A stretch of 64,000 nt of DNA, taken from contig NC_045696.1 in the NCBI RefSeq assembly GCF_009834535.1, forward strand, positions 41,232,001-41,296,000. Reading direction: 5' to 3'. The notes under the pieces were generated by a model. That model did no database searches and had not been told where the DNA came from. It saw only the letters and a program-made list of their open reading frames with translations. A program made the position numbers and the translations under genes. The first letter of the stretch is position 1. Each line of letters begins with the position of its first letter. Below are positions 14,378 to 27,569 of this stretch, in pieces. The stretch comes from Camelus ferus (taxonomy: Eukaryota).

Positions 14378-15688
14378 CTGTGAGCAGAGATAATGACAAA
14401 ATAAATAGATAGCAATAATGTGCTAAATATTCTTCATGGAAACTTGGTAGAGTTGTCAGTGACAAGGTGCATTCTTTGCAGAGCAAGGGTACTGGCGTCT
14501 TGTGCCCAGACATTTTGATTGGCTTCTCCCATCTGCATATAGGGAAAAAAAGTAAAGCCTTATCACATTCATTGGTTGTGATATTTTGTCTGAAGAGAAA
14601 ATAGTGTGTGGTTGTGGATGATGGTTTTGTTTTAATTTTCCATCATGCCCACCCTGTGCTGCCTTCCTGGATGGTGTTGGCTTACCAGGATTTTATCTAC
14701 AATGAATGGCTATTTTTGGCCAATATTCATGGGTACATTTTGTGGTTTTTAACAAAAAAATTTCCTCTAACTCCTTGACCCCCATAAAACCCTTAAAATT
14801 CCAACGTGTTTGGGTTTGTACTTAATAAATTGACTTTAAAAATATTTTTTGAGAGGCCTTGGCTAGCAAGCTGGTTAGGCCACAGACTGGATCTATACCT
14901 CTGAGGTTTGTAAATTAAGTCTGGGCAGGCCTAGAACTCCAAATTGCTGTTTGGAAGAAACTGATCTGAAAATTACTTTGTGTGATATTTTATCTCCTAA
15001 GTCTCTCAAACACAATCTGGTGGTTATTTCTAAGTCATTCACATAAATACCCCTGCTAGGATTTTGGGTACCAATCCTAAGGGTAGAGGGAACCAATTTA
15101 GGTTTCATCTTATGTTTTTTTAAAATTATTATTATTTTACATCATAAAATAATCTTCCCTGAAGTGGCTAGCAGTCTTCATTGAGAAAGAATAAAAAGAA
15201 ATTTTTAGAATCTGAAAAGTAAATATTATATTAGCTATAATGGCTCATCCTAAAAAAGAATCCACACTCCAAAGACCTGATGATAATTCACATATTAAAA
15301 CATAAGAATGAAACATTGAATTAATACAGTAGTTAGTACATTAACAAGGACAAGCACAACCGCAATGCTGTTTTGAGCATCATGTTCCAGGACTCTGTGG
15401 GGACATTACACACTCAGTCTTACTTAATGCACGGGGGAGATATACTGATTAAACATATAACTGAAGCTTTGCTTCCCCAAAATTAGAAGATACTTTCACA
15501 TTAATTAATGAAATTATTAATTATAACTAATATAATTAACATTAATCAATACAATATTAATATATTACTAACAATTATTACTGTCATAATTATAATAATT
15601 ATGATTCACATTAATTTATGAAACCTAATATTGCAATCTCACACCCTCTGCGGCTTGAATAAGAGATAATATATAAAATCACGGTGAA

Positions 15689-16785
15689 TGTTGGGATGTA
15701 GCCAGGAATCAAAAGCTGTTTATTTGTGGTAGGAAAAAATATTTCTGGGATCAATGTCTATCTTGTGGCTAATCCAACAGGCATGTGAGAACAAACGGCT
15801 CATCCGCCTTCTTCCTGGGCCCCCCTCGCAGTGGTAACGGGGCAAGAACGGAGCAGGAAATGACTCACTTGGGTGGTTCCTCTGGGCGTGGCCGAGGGGA
15901 ATGGAACGTCCTCTCATTTGTGTCACCGGGATAACCTGGCTTGGTGAGATATGATTTACCATGATTTTCCGAGGTGACCCTGTATTACATCCTTCAGAAG
16001 GCTAGACGCCTAGTAGGCTACATGCGCCTTCAGTAGATCCTTCTTCACAGCCTTTCTCCCAATCTTTCCACCCATAAAAAGCAAAGTATTTTGATCTCAA
16101 TCTGCATAAGCACCGTATACATTCGTTGCCTGGCCTGAGCCTGACAACCTCTCTGTGTAGGAGACACGACCTGGCCCCACAGATGGAAAAAGTCAAGGCA
16201 AGGGGAGATCAAGCAACTCCCCTTGAACGCAGGGACTCACAGCTCAAGTGCAGCCATTCCCACCCACGTGTACACAGCTCCACAGCCAAGCTCTTCAGCA
16301 CTAACTGGCCTAGTACAGACTGCTGTCTGTTTCCTGTCATCTTCTTCCTTCTGTTGAACAGAAAACCACACGCTCCACGTGGCATCACTTGCCTGAAGCC
16401 CATGATACCAAGCCTAGATGTAATACCTGACTTGCCCGCAGTTTGACCTTCCCCAGACATGTAATCTCAACTAACCGGTCAGCACCGCGGAGGTCATCCT
16501 GTCGCCTGGGCCCCGTCCATCCCCTAGAAGACGATAAAACCCTTGCCGTTCCCCCCACCCCACCACTCCAGAAGAAGATATCCTGGCCTAAAAATAAGTC
16601 TTTCTTTTCTTTTGCTAATACCCACCTTGGCTCCATGCTTCTTCCTATAAAAACTTTCATTTTTTTCAACCCCTCGGAGTGTCCCTCTAGTAGCCAGTTG
16701 CCCTTCTGAACTAGCAATTCAGAAATTGTTGAATAAAACCAATTAAATCTTCAAATTTACTTGGTGACTTTTTATCCCCCTAATA
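15689..16785 (+). mobile_element. Probable ERV solo LTR
   Basis: Begins TGTTGGG; richer in GC/CpG than flanks; TATA-like ctataaaa at ~16646 and AATAAA at ~16732 near the end; family not identified. Confidence 0.45.
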
Positions 16786-18244
16786 TTTCTCTTACTCCTC
16801 ACAATGCCTCTAAGTGACTTTAACCCCTGGGCCCTATACTCTGTCTTGTGGGTGGTTTGAAGTGCCACCACTGGGTGAGGGCTAGATAGCCACGGCTGAC
16901 AAGCATGTGCCACTCAACCAGGCCACTGGTGAGTGGGACTCGGAGTGATGCAAAGCTGGCATAGTTTCCCAACCAGGACCATGCAGGTGCACCGCGCCAC
17001 AGGCTGGTGAAATGGAGGCGCAGGGGAGAATCCAAAGTTCTGCAGCATCACTTTACGAATAAGACCAACGATACAAACATCCCCAGCCTCTTGTCTAATT
17101 AAGGGAGAAACCAGTGGAAACCAACCGTTTCCTGTCATCTTTCGTATAGGTAGAGACGGAAGCATCATACTGTTAGGACCCTTAAAGCTAAGTCCCCAGA
17201 TCAACAGAGTGTCAGCTGCTAAACTGGACTTGGCCCAGCTAAGAAACAGAGAAAGCCAGGGGTGGTTGAGCACGTTGGTAAGAGCCACTCAGAAGGCAGC
17301 CGTTAGACTCAGGGAAAAAGCACTGACTGGAGACAGGAGACTGAACTCCAGGTCTGGCCCTGCTTCCACCGAGTTTGGTTTGCTTGGCAGCAGTGTGAAC
17401 ATGGAATCTGGGGACCCATGAACGTCTAGTGCCCTGAACTGAGGAGAGCAAATGAAGGCCAAAAGTAGCAGAGAGGCAATGGGAGGGCAAAGGAGGGAGC
17501 CAGCAAGAGATACTGAAGAGAAAGAATCCTCAGGAATTGGCATCTAATCAGCCAGTCTGGCCCAGGCTGTGACCTGAATTCTTTTTCCCTCAGGCAGGAT
17601 TAATCCACTGTTTTCTCAAGGGCAGAGTTGGCTCTGGAAGCAACAGGACTTGAACTTCACTGTGAGCCCCCAATGGCCATATGGGAATTCTCCAAAAATG
17701 TCTGAATTTTTCACCCCTTAGCAATTTAGTGTCAAAAATGAAGTAACACTTCGGGAATTTTTAACCATGGTAACAGAAACTATGCAAACAAACACAGCAA
17801 ACTGGGAATCAATTTCCCAATGTATTAGAGACAATTCCCTGTGACTGAAAAGGAAGGGTGTTTACGGGTGATTGGTTTCCTCATCCTCGTCTCCAAATCT
17901 TAGCACCTGGCTAAAAAGTCAGGGGTGAAAAGCCAGCAGACTGGAAGATTTAGCCACAGCTCAGACAAACACATTCCTCACCTTGGAGGAGTTTGTGATC
18001 TGGTTGTCAAGCACACTTCAATGTGGGGCCAGTGAAGTGTGGATTCCTCATTAGGAGAGAAAGGAGTAGAGAAAGGAGTCTAGGGTTCAGGTATTTGACA
18101 TATCTGCCAAACCATATGTGCCAAGGTCGTTTCCAAATTACACTCTGGTACATAATGGGCTTTCAATAAATGTTGGTTGAATAAAAGAAGTGTACAGCTC
18201 AGTGGCTTCCTTCTATCGAGAGAAAGCTGGAGAGATTGTCCAGC

Positions 18245-18440
18245 ACATGTTTGGCAAACTTTCTGCCAAGGGACAGATGGTAAATATTTTCAGCTCTGTG
18301 GGCCATACTGCCTCTGTTACAACTATTCAACTTTGCCATTGTATTGCGAAAGCAAGCAATGTTTCCATAAAACTTTATTGACAAAAAAGACAATGAGCTG
18401 GATCTGGCCCGTGAGATTGTACTTTGTTCAGTCCCCTTGT
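18245..18440 (+). mobile_element. MER58A-like hAT DNA transposon remnant
   Basis: ttggcaaacttt...aagggacagatggtaaatattttcagctctgtgggccata...gatctggcccgtgag. Confidence 0.7.
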
Positions 18441-19319
18441 CTAGTGCGTGCTGGTTGCATCTCTGGAGTCAGATCTCAAGTAGGTTATAATATGCAGAAC
18501 ACATCAGTTAAGCTGAGACGTGTCTCTGAAAATCCTGAAAAAGTAGAGTGCTGGAAAGATGACCTACCTACAACTGCATTCTCTGCAGGCTACTTTCTAA
18601 CTTTAAGGTGGAGAAATATTTATACATATAGCCATGAAATGCACTTAAGCCAGGGTAAATATCTATAATGATGTTATAAAGTAAGAAACTTGGCTCAAGA
18701 AGGTTTAAAGACTCCTGGGGTTTATGGAATCATTCTAAGATTTTTATAGAGGCTCAAATAAACAAAGGTTCATGGTTTTGAGGCCTCAGAACCTTTTTTA
18801 GTCTTCCAAAGGCACAGCCCTAAGTGGCCTAAGACCATGAAGAATATGGCCTATAAATCCTAAGCGGATTCTTTATCAACTGATCTTTTTAAAATGTAAA
18901 ATATCTAGGCTGAAAACTTCAGCAAGAAAAACTATAGGAAAATATATATTAGGTGGACAATAAAGATCTGGGCAAGATGTCAAAGTTGGATAATGAATCA
19001 TTTGACACAGAAATGGTGTCTCATTAAATCTTATTAAGACTCAATAGAGGTTAGAAATGAGTATAGATGAGATAGTAGGACTAGGTCAGGAAAGAAAATA
19101 AACTTGCTGTGAATATCTGTATTTCTGTAAACCAATCAAATCAAAACTATGCAGAATCAAAGTAAGGTGAATCCATGTGAGTCTATAAACCTAAAGAGAG
19201 TAGATTTTAAAATACTCTTTTTCTCACCAATTTTTCAAAACAATATTCCCCAGGCAGAGTTTTAGAGCTGTTAAATTTTCCTTTTAAAATATGCTACATA
19301 ATGTCATCTGTGATTTTGT

Positions 19320-19715
19320 GATTTTTATACCATTTACTTCTTTTCATGCCTTATTGCACTAGCTTAACACTCCACTTCTATTTTCAAAGGAAGTGATAAA
19401 AAAGTTAGGAATCCTTGCTTATGTTCTGGATATTAGGAGAAAAACATTCAGCCTTTCAATATTAAGTATGATGTTAGCTGTAGGTTTTTTACAGATGCCC
19501 TTTATCAGAGTGAGGAAAATTCCTTCTATTTCTAGTGTTGAGTTTTCATCATGAATGGATTTTGAATTTTGTCTAATGGTTGATTTTCATATTTACTGAG
19601 ATGATAATTTTTTTCCTTTGCTCTGTTAATGTGGTAAATTGTACTAATTTGTTTGAATGTTGAGCCAACCTTGCATTCCTAAGGTAAGTATCATTTGGTT
19701 GTTAAATGTTGATGT
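19320..19715 (-). mobile_element. Old L1 ORF2 fragment
   Basis: ggagaaaaacattcagcctttcaatattaagtatgatgttagctgtaggtttt...gatgccctttatcagagtgaggaa, a reversed L1 RT-region motif. Confidence 0.75.
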
Positions 19716-21383
19716 GGTAGACAGGGTGATGGACCACTCAAATCTCCAGTTAAGACTCTCTGAGCTGAGGCTGGTCCTGAAGGAGCTGACAGTGGGATGC
19801 TGTCTGCTGACTTTACTCCCTGCAGGTGGGCAGCAAGTCCTTCCTTAAAGAAGGATTCTAATAGACAAACACTAGAACATAGAGCAGGTGAAACACATTT
19901 TGGTTGGAGACTGGTGATAGAGTAAGGAAAAGGGAAACAGTGAACTCAGCTTTGTTTACCTGTGCCCACCAACCTATTTCTAACAGAAACCAACCAACTA
20001 AAACTGAAGCAGCCCTGGCAAGAGACAAACCTTTTAAAGATGAGATAGATGAGTTATTACAAAGTTGACTTCATCTACACAAGAGGGTAACAGATGTCAT
20101 TTTGTATTACAAGTGGCCCTGGAAAAATATTTATACTGTTGATAAACTAAAATATAATAATGCTCTGTTTTCCCTCTGATAGACAATCAGCATTTTCCTA
20201 ATGAGAATCAAGGTGTGATTATGCTGAAGGTTAATGGCTGGCTGTCAAGTTTGATCATAGCTACTTGTTCTTTCATTTGCTTTGTTGACATAAATGCCTT
20301 CTATTTCTACTTAGGCAAACTCCAGGGAATTATTTTGAATATTAAGAAGGTGGCTCTATTTAGAGTCAGATTGTTTACATCTACCTGAGACACTAGGCAC
20401 AGCCTAATCCCACTTAAGGAGCAGCTGAGCACAAATAGATACTGGAATGCTTTCTTGTTTTTCATGAGTTAGGAATTTATAGCATCTGCCTTCATTAATT
20501 GATTTGAAGGGAATTGAATTCCTAGAACTTCTGACATTGTAATAACCTAGTACAAAAACTAAATAAAATCTAAATGGTGTTTAGATTGAATACACATCTT
20601 CAGGTATTACTCACATTTCTTTCTCATTAGGGAACATTATGGGTTGATTAAATATGTAATATGCATTAAACTGTAATTTTCATGTTTTTTCACAGAACCT
20701 GGTATAAGATTTGCATTATTTTAAAAAGTATTTCAAGGGAACAATGCAATCCCATAGTAAGGCATTCAATAACTACCATTTATCCACTTAGTGAGTTGGG
20801 TGTTTGAACTTTTATCAGATCACTGTCCTACTTATCTGTATGTCTACCTCCATAGATCAGATTGGATCAGGACAGTGTCACTGAATCCAAGCTGAGTGGT
20901 TTGGAAACATTAATATGCTTGTAATCTGGGCGATCAACTGCTAATTGCTCTTGTTTAAATAGCATATTCTAGGTGGCTAACAGATGCAGGTATTCAAAAA
21001 AATTATAATGGTACTTGTGAAATTATAAACTTGAAAACCAAGTGATAACAGTCTTAAAGACCAGGCCTGTATTTGCTAAGTGTTTTGGAATAATCAGGAT
21101 CTTTTTAAGAATCAAGACTGTATTTTGTAGCTGATTTAGTGAATTGCATTTAGAAAAATGAAAAAGTCTTTTTTAATGTTTTCAAAGACATTTGAAATTT
21201 TGATTTTGGAATTAATTACAATTGTCAAGTCTATGAACTTCCAAAACTGGTTATATTAAGAACTTTTAAAACTGGTAAAAATAAAAAAAAGAAATTGAAA
21301 TGTGAATTCAATAAATTATAAAAACTGAATGAAAACATTTACAGTTTAACAGGATCAAAAGGAAATAACTCTGTAATCATTAC

Positions 21384-21458
21384 CTGTTCCCATTCCATCC
21401 CATTTGGGCATCCCACTGGGTTTGGGTCTACTAGGTCTCGTAGTCGTCTTATTCAAAA
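21384..21458 (-). CDS. ABI3BP: ABI3BP exon (75 nt)
   Basis: tttgtag|TTTTG...ACAG|gtaatg; VLNKTTTRPSRPKPSGMPKWDGMGT. Confidence 0.88.
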
Positions 21459-22988
21459 CTACAAATAAGCAGGAAATAAACAGTTTAGACATTTTCTTAT
21501 TAAAAACTTGCAGCCAAGGAAAATAAAACTTTCCAAAGAATTGGAAGTCATTTAACTAGGCAATAAAAATATGATGGTGCATCAAAAACTATTGTTCAGA
21601 ATAGAGAAATTACAATTATGGTATAAAAATTATAGGCTTGAATTTGGGAATAGACATCTGAGTTTGGACTCTGAGGTGATCACTAGGCTGGAATAAAAAA
21701 GAAGGGAATTTAAATTTCTGAATGACAGGTATCTTACTTCATTTGTAAGTACTAGATAGATTCCAAAATGGGACTGAAAAAAGATCAGGACTACATATGC
21801 CTAATGAAAACCCAAAACTTAGGTGTATTTATTTTAAAGCCTTAATTCATAACACATAAGGTGGTGGTCCTTCTGGAGGAGTCTCTAGGTACAGAAGCTC
21901 CCTCAGGCCTGCCACAAGTCCATGGTTAAACACAGAATCCACTTCCAAGCTCTTGTTTTGACTTAGCTTCCTCCACTGTACCTCACAGGACACAGGGTAA
22001 GCACCCAGTCACTGTTAGCCATTACTGTTACTGTTTCATTATCTTGTAGACTGCTTAATACTACCAGCCACATATTAAGCCCTCCAGAGCCATCGTGCTA
22101 CAACAGTCCCATGGAGATGTATTTGTTTTTTAAAAGATTTCTGCACCTATTACCTTTAGGAGTTGGAGGATAACTCAAACATATATATATATATATATAC
22201 TAATACATATATAGACTCCTCCGTAAACTAAAGGGTAGAAAAATGTATGTTTTTCTTTTTTCCATGTGTCTGGAGAGATGTTCACCACGAATGTTAGTTT
22301 ACAAGCCAATTTTGTCATTTAGAACTTTAAGACTTCTTAGAATCACAGAGGGAAATAAAAGGGCAGAAACACCAGAGGCTCTGGCCTCTGGACCACGTCA
22401 TCCCTTCAGGTTAACTTTTCCCTAATAAGCTCCCGTAAGTGAGTTCCTACATCCTTTGGTGAATTTAATAAATTTAAAGTATTTTCCAGTTTAATTACCA
22501 CTTTATTTTTGCTGTTTACAAACTGTAAAATGTGTCTGGTTGTTTATCATGTGAAAGAATCAAGTAAAAATATTCTCGCCGAGCAAGAGCCTTTCGTACT
22601 GGAAGAGACCATCTTCTTTTAAAAGATGACATTTGAAAACATGCAAGACATCACAGCTCATGCTAACTGTAACTGCCACTGGAAAACTAAAGGAGAAGGG
22701 GAGAGTGTGTGCGAGTTATGCACAAATGCTATTTTAAAACTGCTTTTATATGGCTAAGTTTCTGTAGTGGTCTCTGAATCTGATTATCCTTAAAAATCTC
22801 AGCAAAGTCTTGTCACTTCCACGAATTCATCATTATCTGTCTATTTATCCACAAGGATCAGGATTTCTGTATGTCATTTATTTCACCTTAAGGGTATCTC
22901 TCCTTTGGTACATTTGGCTGTTTCAGCACATCTGATGTCTTCTTAGATGTGCTGATTATTTAGATCGTCAGAAACAGAAACAACTTAC

Positions 22989-23054
22989 CAGGTCTGAAGT
23001 GTGGTTTGTCGGGTGTTCTGGGCCTCACAGGCGTAGTGTACAATCTGTGTGGTG
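22989..23054 (-). CDS. ABI3BP: ABI3BP exon (66 nt)
   Basis: tttcag|CACCA...CCTG|gtaag; APHRLYTTPVRPRTPDKPHFRP. Confidence 0.93.
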
Positions 23055-23385
23055 CTGAAACAGAGGAAACATTTCATATTTAATAACCAACACCCCACTA
23101 AATGGAGAGGCCCACTAAATGGAAAGTCAGCACCCTACAGACCAGCAACTTTGTACATTTTGTATGGGAGTATCAAGAACATCCTTAAACCTCCAATTAC
23201 GCATTACAGCACTGACGCTAAAGGAAAGCAAAACAAATGAAAATATTCATGACTGGAAATCAAAGATGCACATAAAGTGAGGTAGGCCACTGGTAAGGTG
23301 TGTTCAGGATTAGTCATCATTTAGTCCCTGTTTTTCAAGGACATTTATTTCACCACATAGTTGCTTAACACAGTAAACATATAAG

Positions 23386-23445
23386 CCAACCATCCATCCA
23401 TCCATGTGTCTGTCCATCTGTCCAACAACCCATCCATCCATTCAC
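23386..23445. repeat. Degenerate (TCCA)n microsatellite
   Basis: ccaaccatccatccatccatgtgtctgtccatctgtccaacaacccatccatccattca. Confidence 0.7.
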
Positions 23446-26400
23446 AACTTGTAATTAGGCAGCCACTGTGGAACATTATTTTGACAAAGAAGACAAATAA
23501 TCTTAAAGGCAAAGAGAGGAATAGGTTTAAGTACATGAGAACAAGAGTAGAAACGTGGTCTCTATCTGTCTTAGTTCACAAACCCTTAAGTGAATAAATA
23601 CTCACTTAGTGCTTAATAGCTTTAGGAATAAGAGAAAATGACCTCTGGTGTCCTGCCCATCAAGAGACGATGAGCAAAGACTGAGAACTCAGACAGCCCT
23701 GGGACCAACATGCCCCCTTGTTACTGGCACAGGGAAGACCACTAAGGAAGACTTGTCAAATACACTTAGAAATTAGCGACAGCTGTAATCAGGCAAATTC
23801 ACAAACAACTCAGCTGAATTCGTTTTGCTTCCTAAGCTTTTAAAATGTGCATTCATCCTGGAAACTGTCTATCCTTCCCTCTCCTCCTCTGCCCCCTTGA
23901 CACACACATTGCGTCCGGCCACCAACTCTCTTGGTAATGCTTTAGCTAAGACTGGAAAAAGTTTTTCTCGAAAACTATGTAAGTAGATTACATCGTTTCA
24001 ATGATTTTCTTCACATCTTGAGTGGGTATTTATGTAACTATAAATCAGCAAATGCCTTGCCTACCACATTAAAAAAAAATACACCTGCAAAACAGATTAT
24101 AATGTAGCTCATTTATAAGCCTCCACCGTGAAGACTGATGAGCAGAATTTTGCCACACTTCAGGCCAAAAACAGCAGACACATACTGAAATTCTCTGTAG
24201 GTTTAACAGGGGCCTTGCAAAGTGTAATAACTAGCGTGAACAGAGGTACTGATGTTATAAAAACAGTCAATTCTCACACACCCTAAAATGTGTGATGATG
24301 ATTTGCAAGTGTTTTTCTTAAATTTTCTTTGAGAGTGGTAGGAGTCCCTGTCAATGTAACATATTGCAGATTTGTTTTACATTTCTTCGATGTTAGATTG
24401 CTTTTGCTTAAAGAAATACAAGAACCATGGCTCTTCTTAGTCTCATTCTAGAATATATATCAGTTTTAAAACCTTAGAAAAACTTAGAAATAATCAGCTT
24501 ACATTCATTATTTCAAATTCACAGTATCAGAAATTTTGTTTTATTTACGGTCTTTACTTAAATCTTGAAAGAACTTTGTATAAAAGAGCTGACATATAAC
24601 TTAAGGCTGTGAGTTACTCACATAGCTCATCACCACATAACACACGGCCTTAAGAAAACTGCTCCAGGGTTTTAATTTTAAATTTAAAAACAGACAAAGA
24701 AGCGTTATGAGAATGTAACACTGTGAATGTCATCTCCACAGGGTTTTGGGTGACTAGTAATAAAAATAATTTTAAAAGATGGCTTAATATCTGAATAGTT
24801 TCATAAACAGTATTTTAAAAGAGCATTAAAAATCCTTGATGAAGATAACATCAAACACAAACAAACAGAGATTTCAGGAGAAGTGCCCTGAAGGGCCAGG
24901 TGGAGGGGAAAGTGGATACAACTTTCCCTGGGTGGTGTAAGGACTGGGGAGCTGGAATCAGTCATCAAAATGTCCCCAGAATGGCTCTGGCCAAGTGGAT
25001 TTCTACCAGGGGTTGAGATGAGAGGGGCACAGGAGAGGAGCTTGAATACATCAGGGTTTCCGTTCTAGCTGCAGGGAATTGTCTCAGCAGACAAAGGAGC
25101 AAGGATGCCGCAAAGAAAAGGTGCTGATGATTCTACCAGTGGGTTCATGCCTTTAGGCACTAAGTTTCTTTGGAGCCCTTGGGCTTAGAGAACAAAAAGC
25201 CACACAGGTCCTGGTATGTGGGTGGGTGGGGTGTGCAGATCAAGAGGAACAATTTCACCCCTACAGCATCTCAAATTATTGTGTGCTGTCTTATGTATCT
25301 AATGTCTGCTGTCAAAACCAAACCAAAACACAACACAACACAACAAACCAAACGTAATACAGTGGATTGACCTCCTCCGCAGAGCTCAAGCACACATTTA
25401 TGAGGGCTGGGCCAGAGGGAGATCCCAGGACACAGTGTGCCATTACTGAAGTTGACCCTCTACTCCCCAGAAGGGTTACTGGGCTGGACCAAGTTGGAAA
25501 GAAATTCCTGGTGAGCCCCCTTTAAAGATCCTTGGCACAAGTCTAGAAAAATATGAATCTCAGAGCTGCATAGTTTAGGCTCAAGCTAAGGCTCCTCAGA
25601 ACATAAGAAAATAATTAAAACACAGTATATTATATACATATGTTAAGACAAATCATAGAATGATTTCAGATCCTAGATATACATCCAATCAACTGTGAAA
25701 CCCATCTAATAAAACCATGTTCAAGAAGCAATTTGATGAAAATTCCACATATACTCGTACTGGTGACACAGTGTTGATCTTCCCATGAAAGAAAGGAAAA
25801 GCAAAAACAAGAACAGAACAGGCCTATTATGTTTTTGCCCTCAATTCTGAAATCTACAAAGCTCTAAAAAGCTGAAATCTTTTTCTCACTTGGCAATACA
25901 GCCTGAGTTGAATAGGGTCTGTATTTATCCTGCTTACTATAAACATTTGTGTGTTTTACCATAAGAGCACCAGAGTTTGATTATGAGACTCTAGCTAACT
26001 TCTATTAAGCCAGACATTAAAGGTTTGCAAAAACATTAAAAAATAAACATATCAGGGTGGGGAATGGATGTAACAGGACTGAACATCTGTTGTTAATGGC
26101 TGAGGGTGGTGAAAAGACTTTAGGAGGGCTGTCATTATATTAGGCGCCTTACCTCTGTGTATACTTAAATAAAGAAAGGTTAATAAATAAAAAGGTAATA
26201 AAGTAAATAATAAACATTTAAAACATAAAAATTAAACCAAAGGAGCTAAAAATATTTAGAAAATTTACAAGAACTGTCCTATACCATAGAGTGTATTCTC
26301 AGTCATATTTATTTAGTATAAGTACTACTCTGCTTATTATAAAATGTATACCTTAAAATTAGATTTCTTTTATTGTTATCATCTCCTCATATTATTTTAA

Positions 26401-27000
26401 ATTTCTTTCACCAAATTTCCATCCCAAATTACAACTGACAATTGAGTAAAATAAATTTGTCTCCCAAATCCTTAAAAAATGTTTACATTTTTTTGGGGGG
26501 GTTTCCTCCTGTATGCTAGAGGTAGAGATGGGCACAAGAAGGTAGTTAAGGAAAAAAGAAAGAAAACACGAAAATACTGGAAATCCACAACTGATTACAA
26601 CCCAGCTAGGACAGAGAGATAAAAAGGAGAGACTTCCGAGAGCACGGAGATGAAACAGAGATTTGTGTGGGTGAGTTCATGTCTCAAAAAGTAGGAGGAA
26701 GAAATAAAATGAGGAAATCCCAGAGAAAACCTTCCTGGATGTTTTAATATTAAGTCATCACTAAAAAATGAATTTTCTTGTTACTAATTTCCTTTCTCAG
26801 GCTGCAGTATCAACGTATTCATCAAGTTTGGGAGATGGGACAGAGGGAGAGAAAGGAGGAGGAGAAGGAGGAAGGTGATGAAGATTCTTACTTATCTGAT
26901 GTGGAAAATGAGGCAAAGAAGGTCAAGCAAGGGGAACAAGTGGAAGCTTTCTTAGTTATCAGCATCAAGCAGTTGACCGTACAGTCAACAGTAAAGCCCA

Positions 27001-27126
27001 GGGGGAGGGAAATAGCTCAGTGGCAGAGCACATGCTCAGCATGCAAGAGGTCCTGGGTTCAATCCCCAGCAGTACCTCCCTCAAAATAAAATAAAAAGAA
27101 AAAAATAAAGTGCTAAAAAAAAAAAA
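27001..27126 (+). mobile_element. tRNA-derived SINE (camelid Vic-1-like)
   Basis: A-box tagctcagtggc, B-box ggttcaatccc, A-rich tail; TSD-like agtaaagcc/agtaaagct. Confidence 0.85.
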
Positions 27127-27249
27127 GTAAAGCTCTAACTAAAGATACTGTCTTCATTCAACTGATATTCACATAGATTCCTACTTGGCTGATATCCTGT
27201 ACCTATGAAATGAAAAATAATTAACTCACTGTAATGAAATATTATGTTC

Positions 27250-27401
27250 TTTTTTTGTTTGGTTTTGGTTTTGGTTTTTTGGGGGGTGGGGTGGGGAGGA
27301 GATAATTAGGTTTATTTATTTTTACTGGAGGTACTAGGGATAGAACCCTGGACCTTGTGCATGCTAAGCATGCACTCTACCACTGAACTATACCCACCCC
27401 C
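27250..27401 (-). mobile_element. tRNA-derived SINE (camelid Vic-1-like)
   Basis: Same family as 4333-4503; TSD-like tgaaatattatgttctt / tgaaaaattacattctt. Confidence 0.85.
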
Positions 27402-27491
27402 TGAAAAATTACATTCTTAAAAGAAAATGTGCTTCCTGCTTAAAAAAAAAGGAGGAAAAGTTATTAGCCAGAGGTGGAGAAACAGCATTAC

Positions 27492-27569
27492 CTGGAGTTG
27501 TCTTCACCACTTCAGTTGTTCGTGGAATCTTAGTTGTGAAGAGTTCTTGGGTGAACTGGTCTGTTTCTG
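27492..27569 (-). CDS. ABI3BP: ABI3BP exon (78 nt; NAGNAG alternative 75 nt)
   Basis: ccccag|CAG|AAACA...CCAG|gtaatg; AETDQFTQELFTTKIPRTTEVVKTTP. Confidence 0.93.

Noticed and set aside
15500..15620. AT-rich low-complexity stretch
   Set aside because: Degenerate (AAT/ATT) low-complexity DNA with no evident unit structure or function
15720..17543. Dense overlapping ORFs in a GC-richer block
   Set aside because: No recognisable protein motifs; explained by GC content and a probable LTR origin; the family of 16840-17560 could not be determined
27001..27075. Apparent tRNA gene (A and B boxes)
   Set aside because: Followed by an A-rich tail with TSD-like flanks and matches other SINE copies in the window
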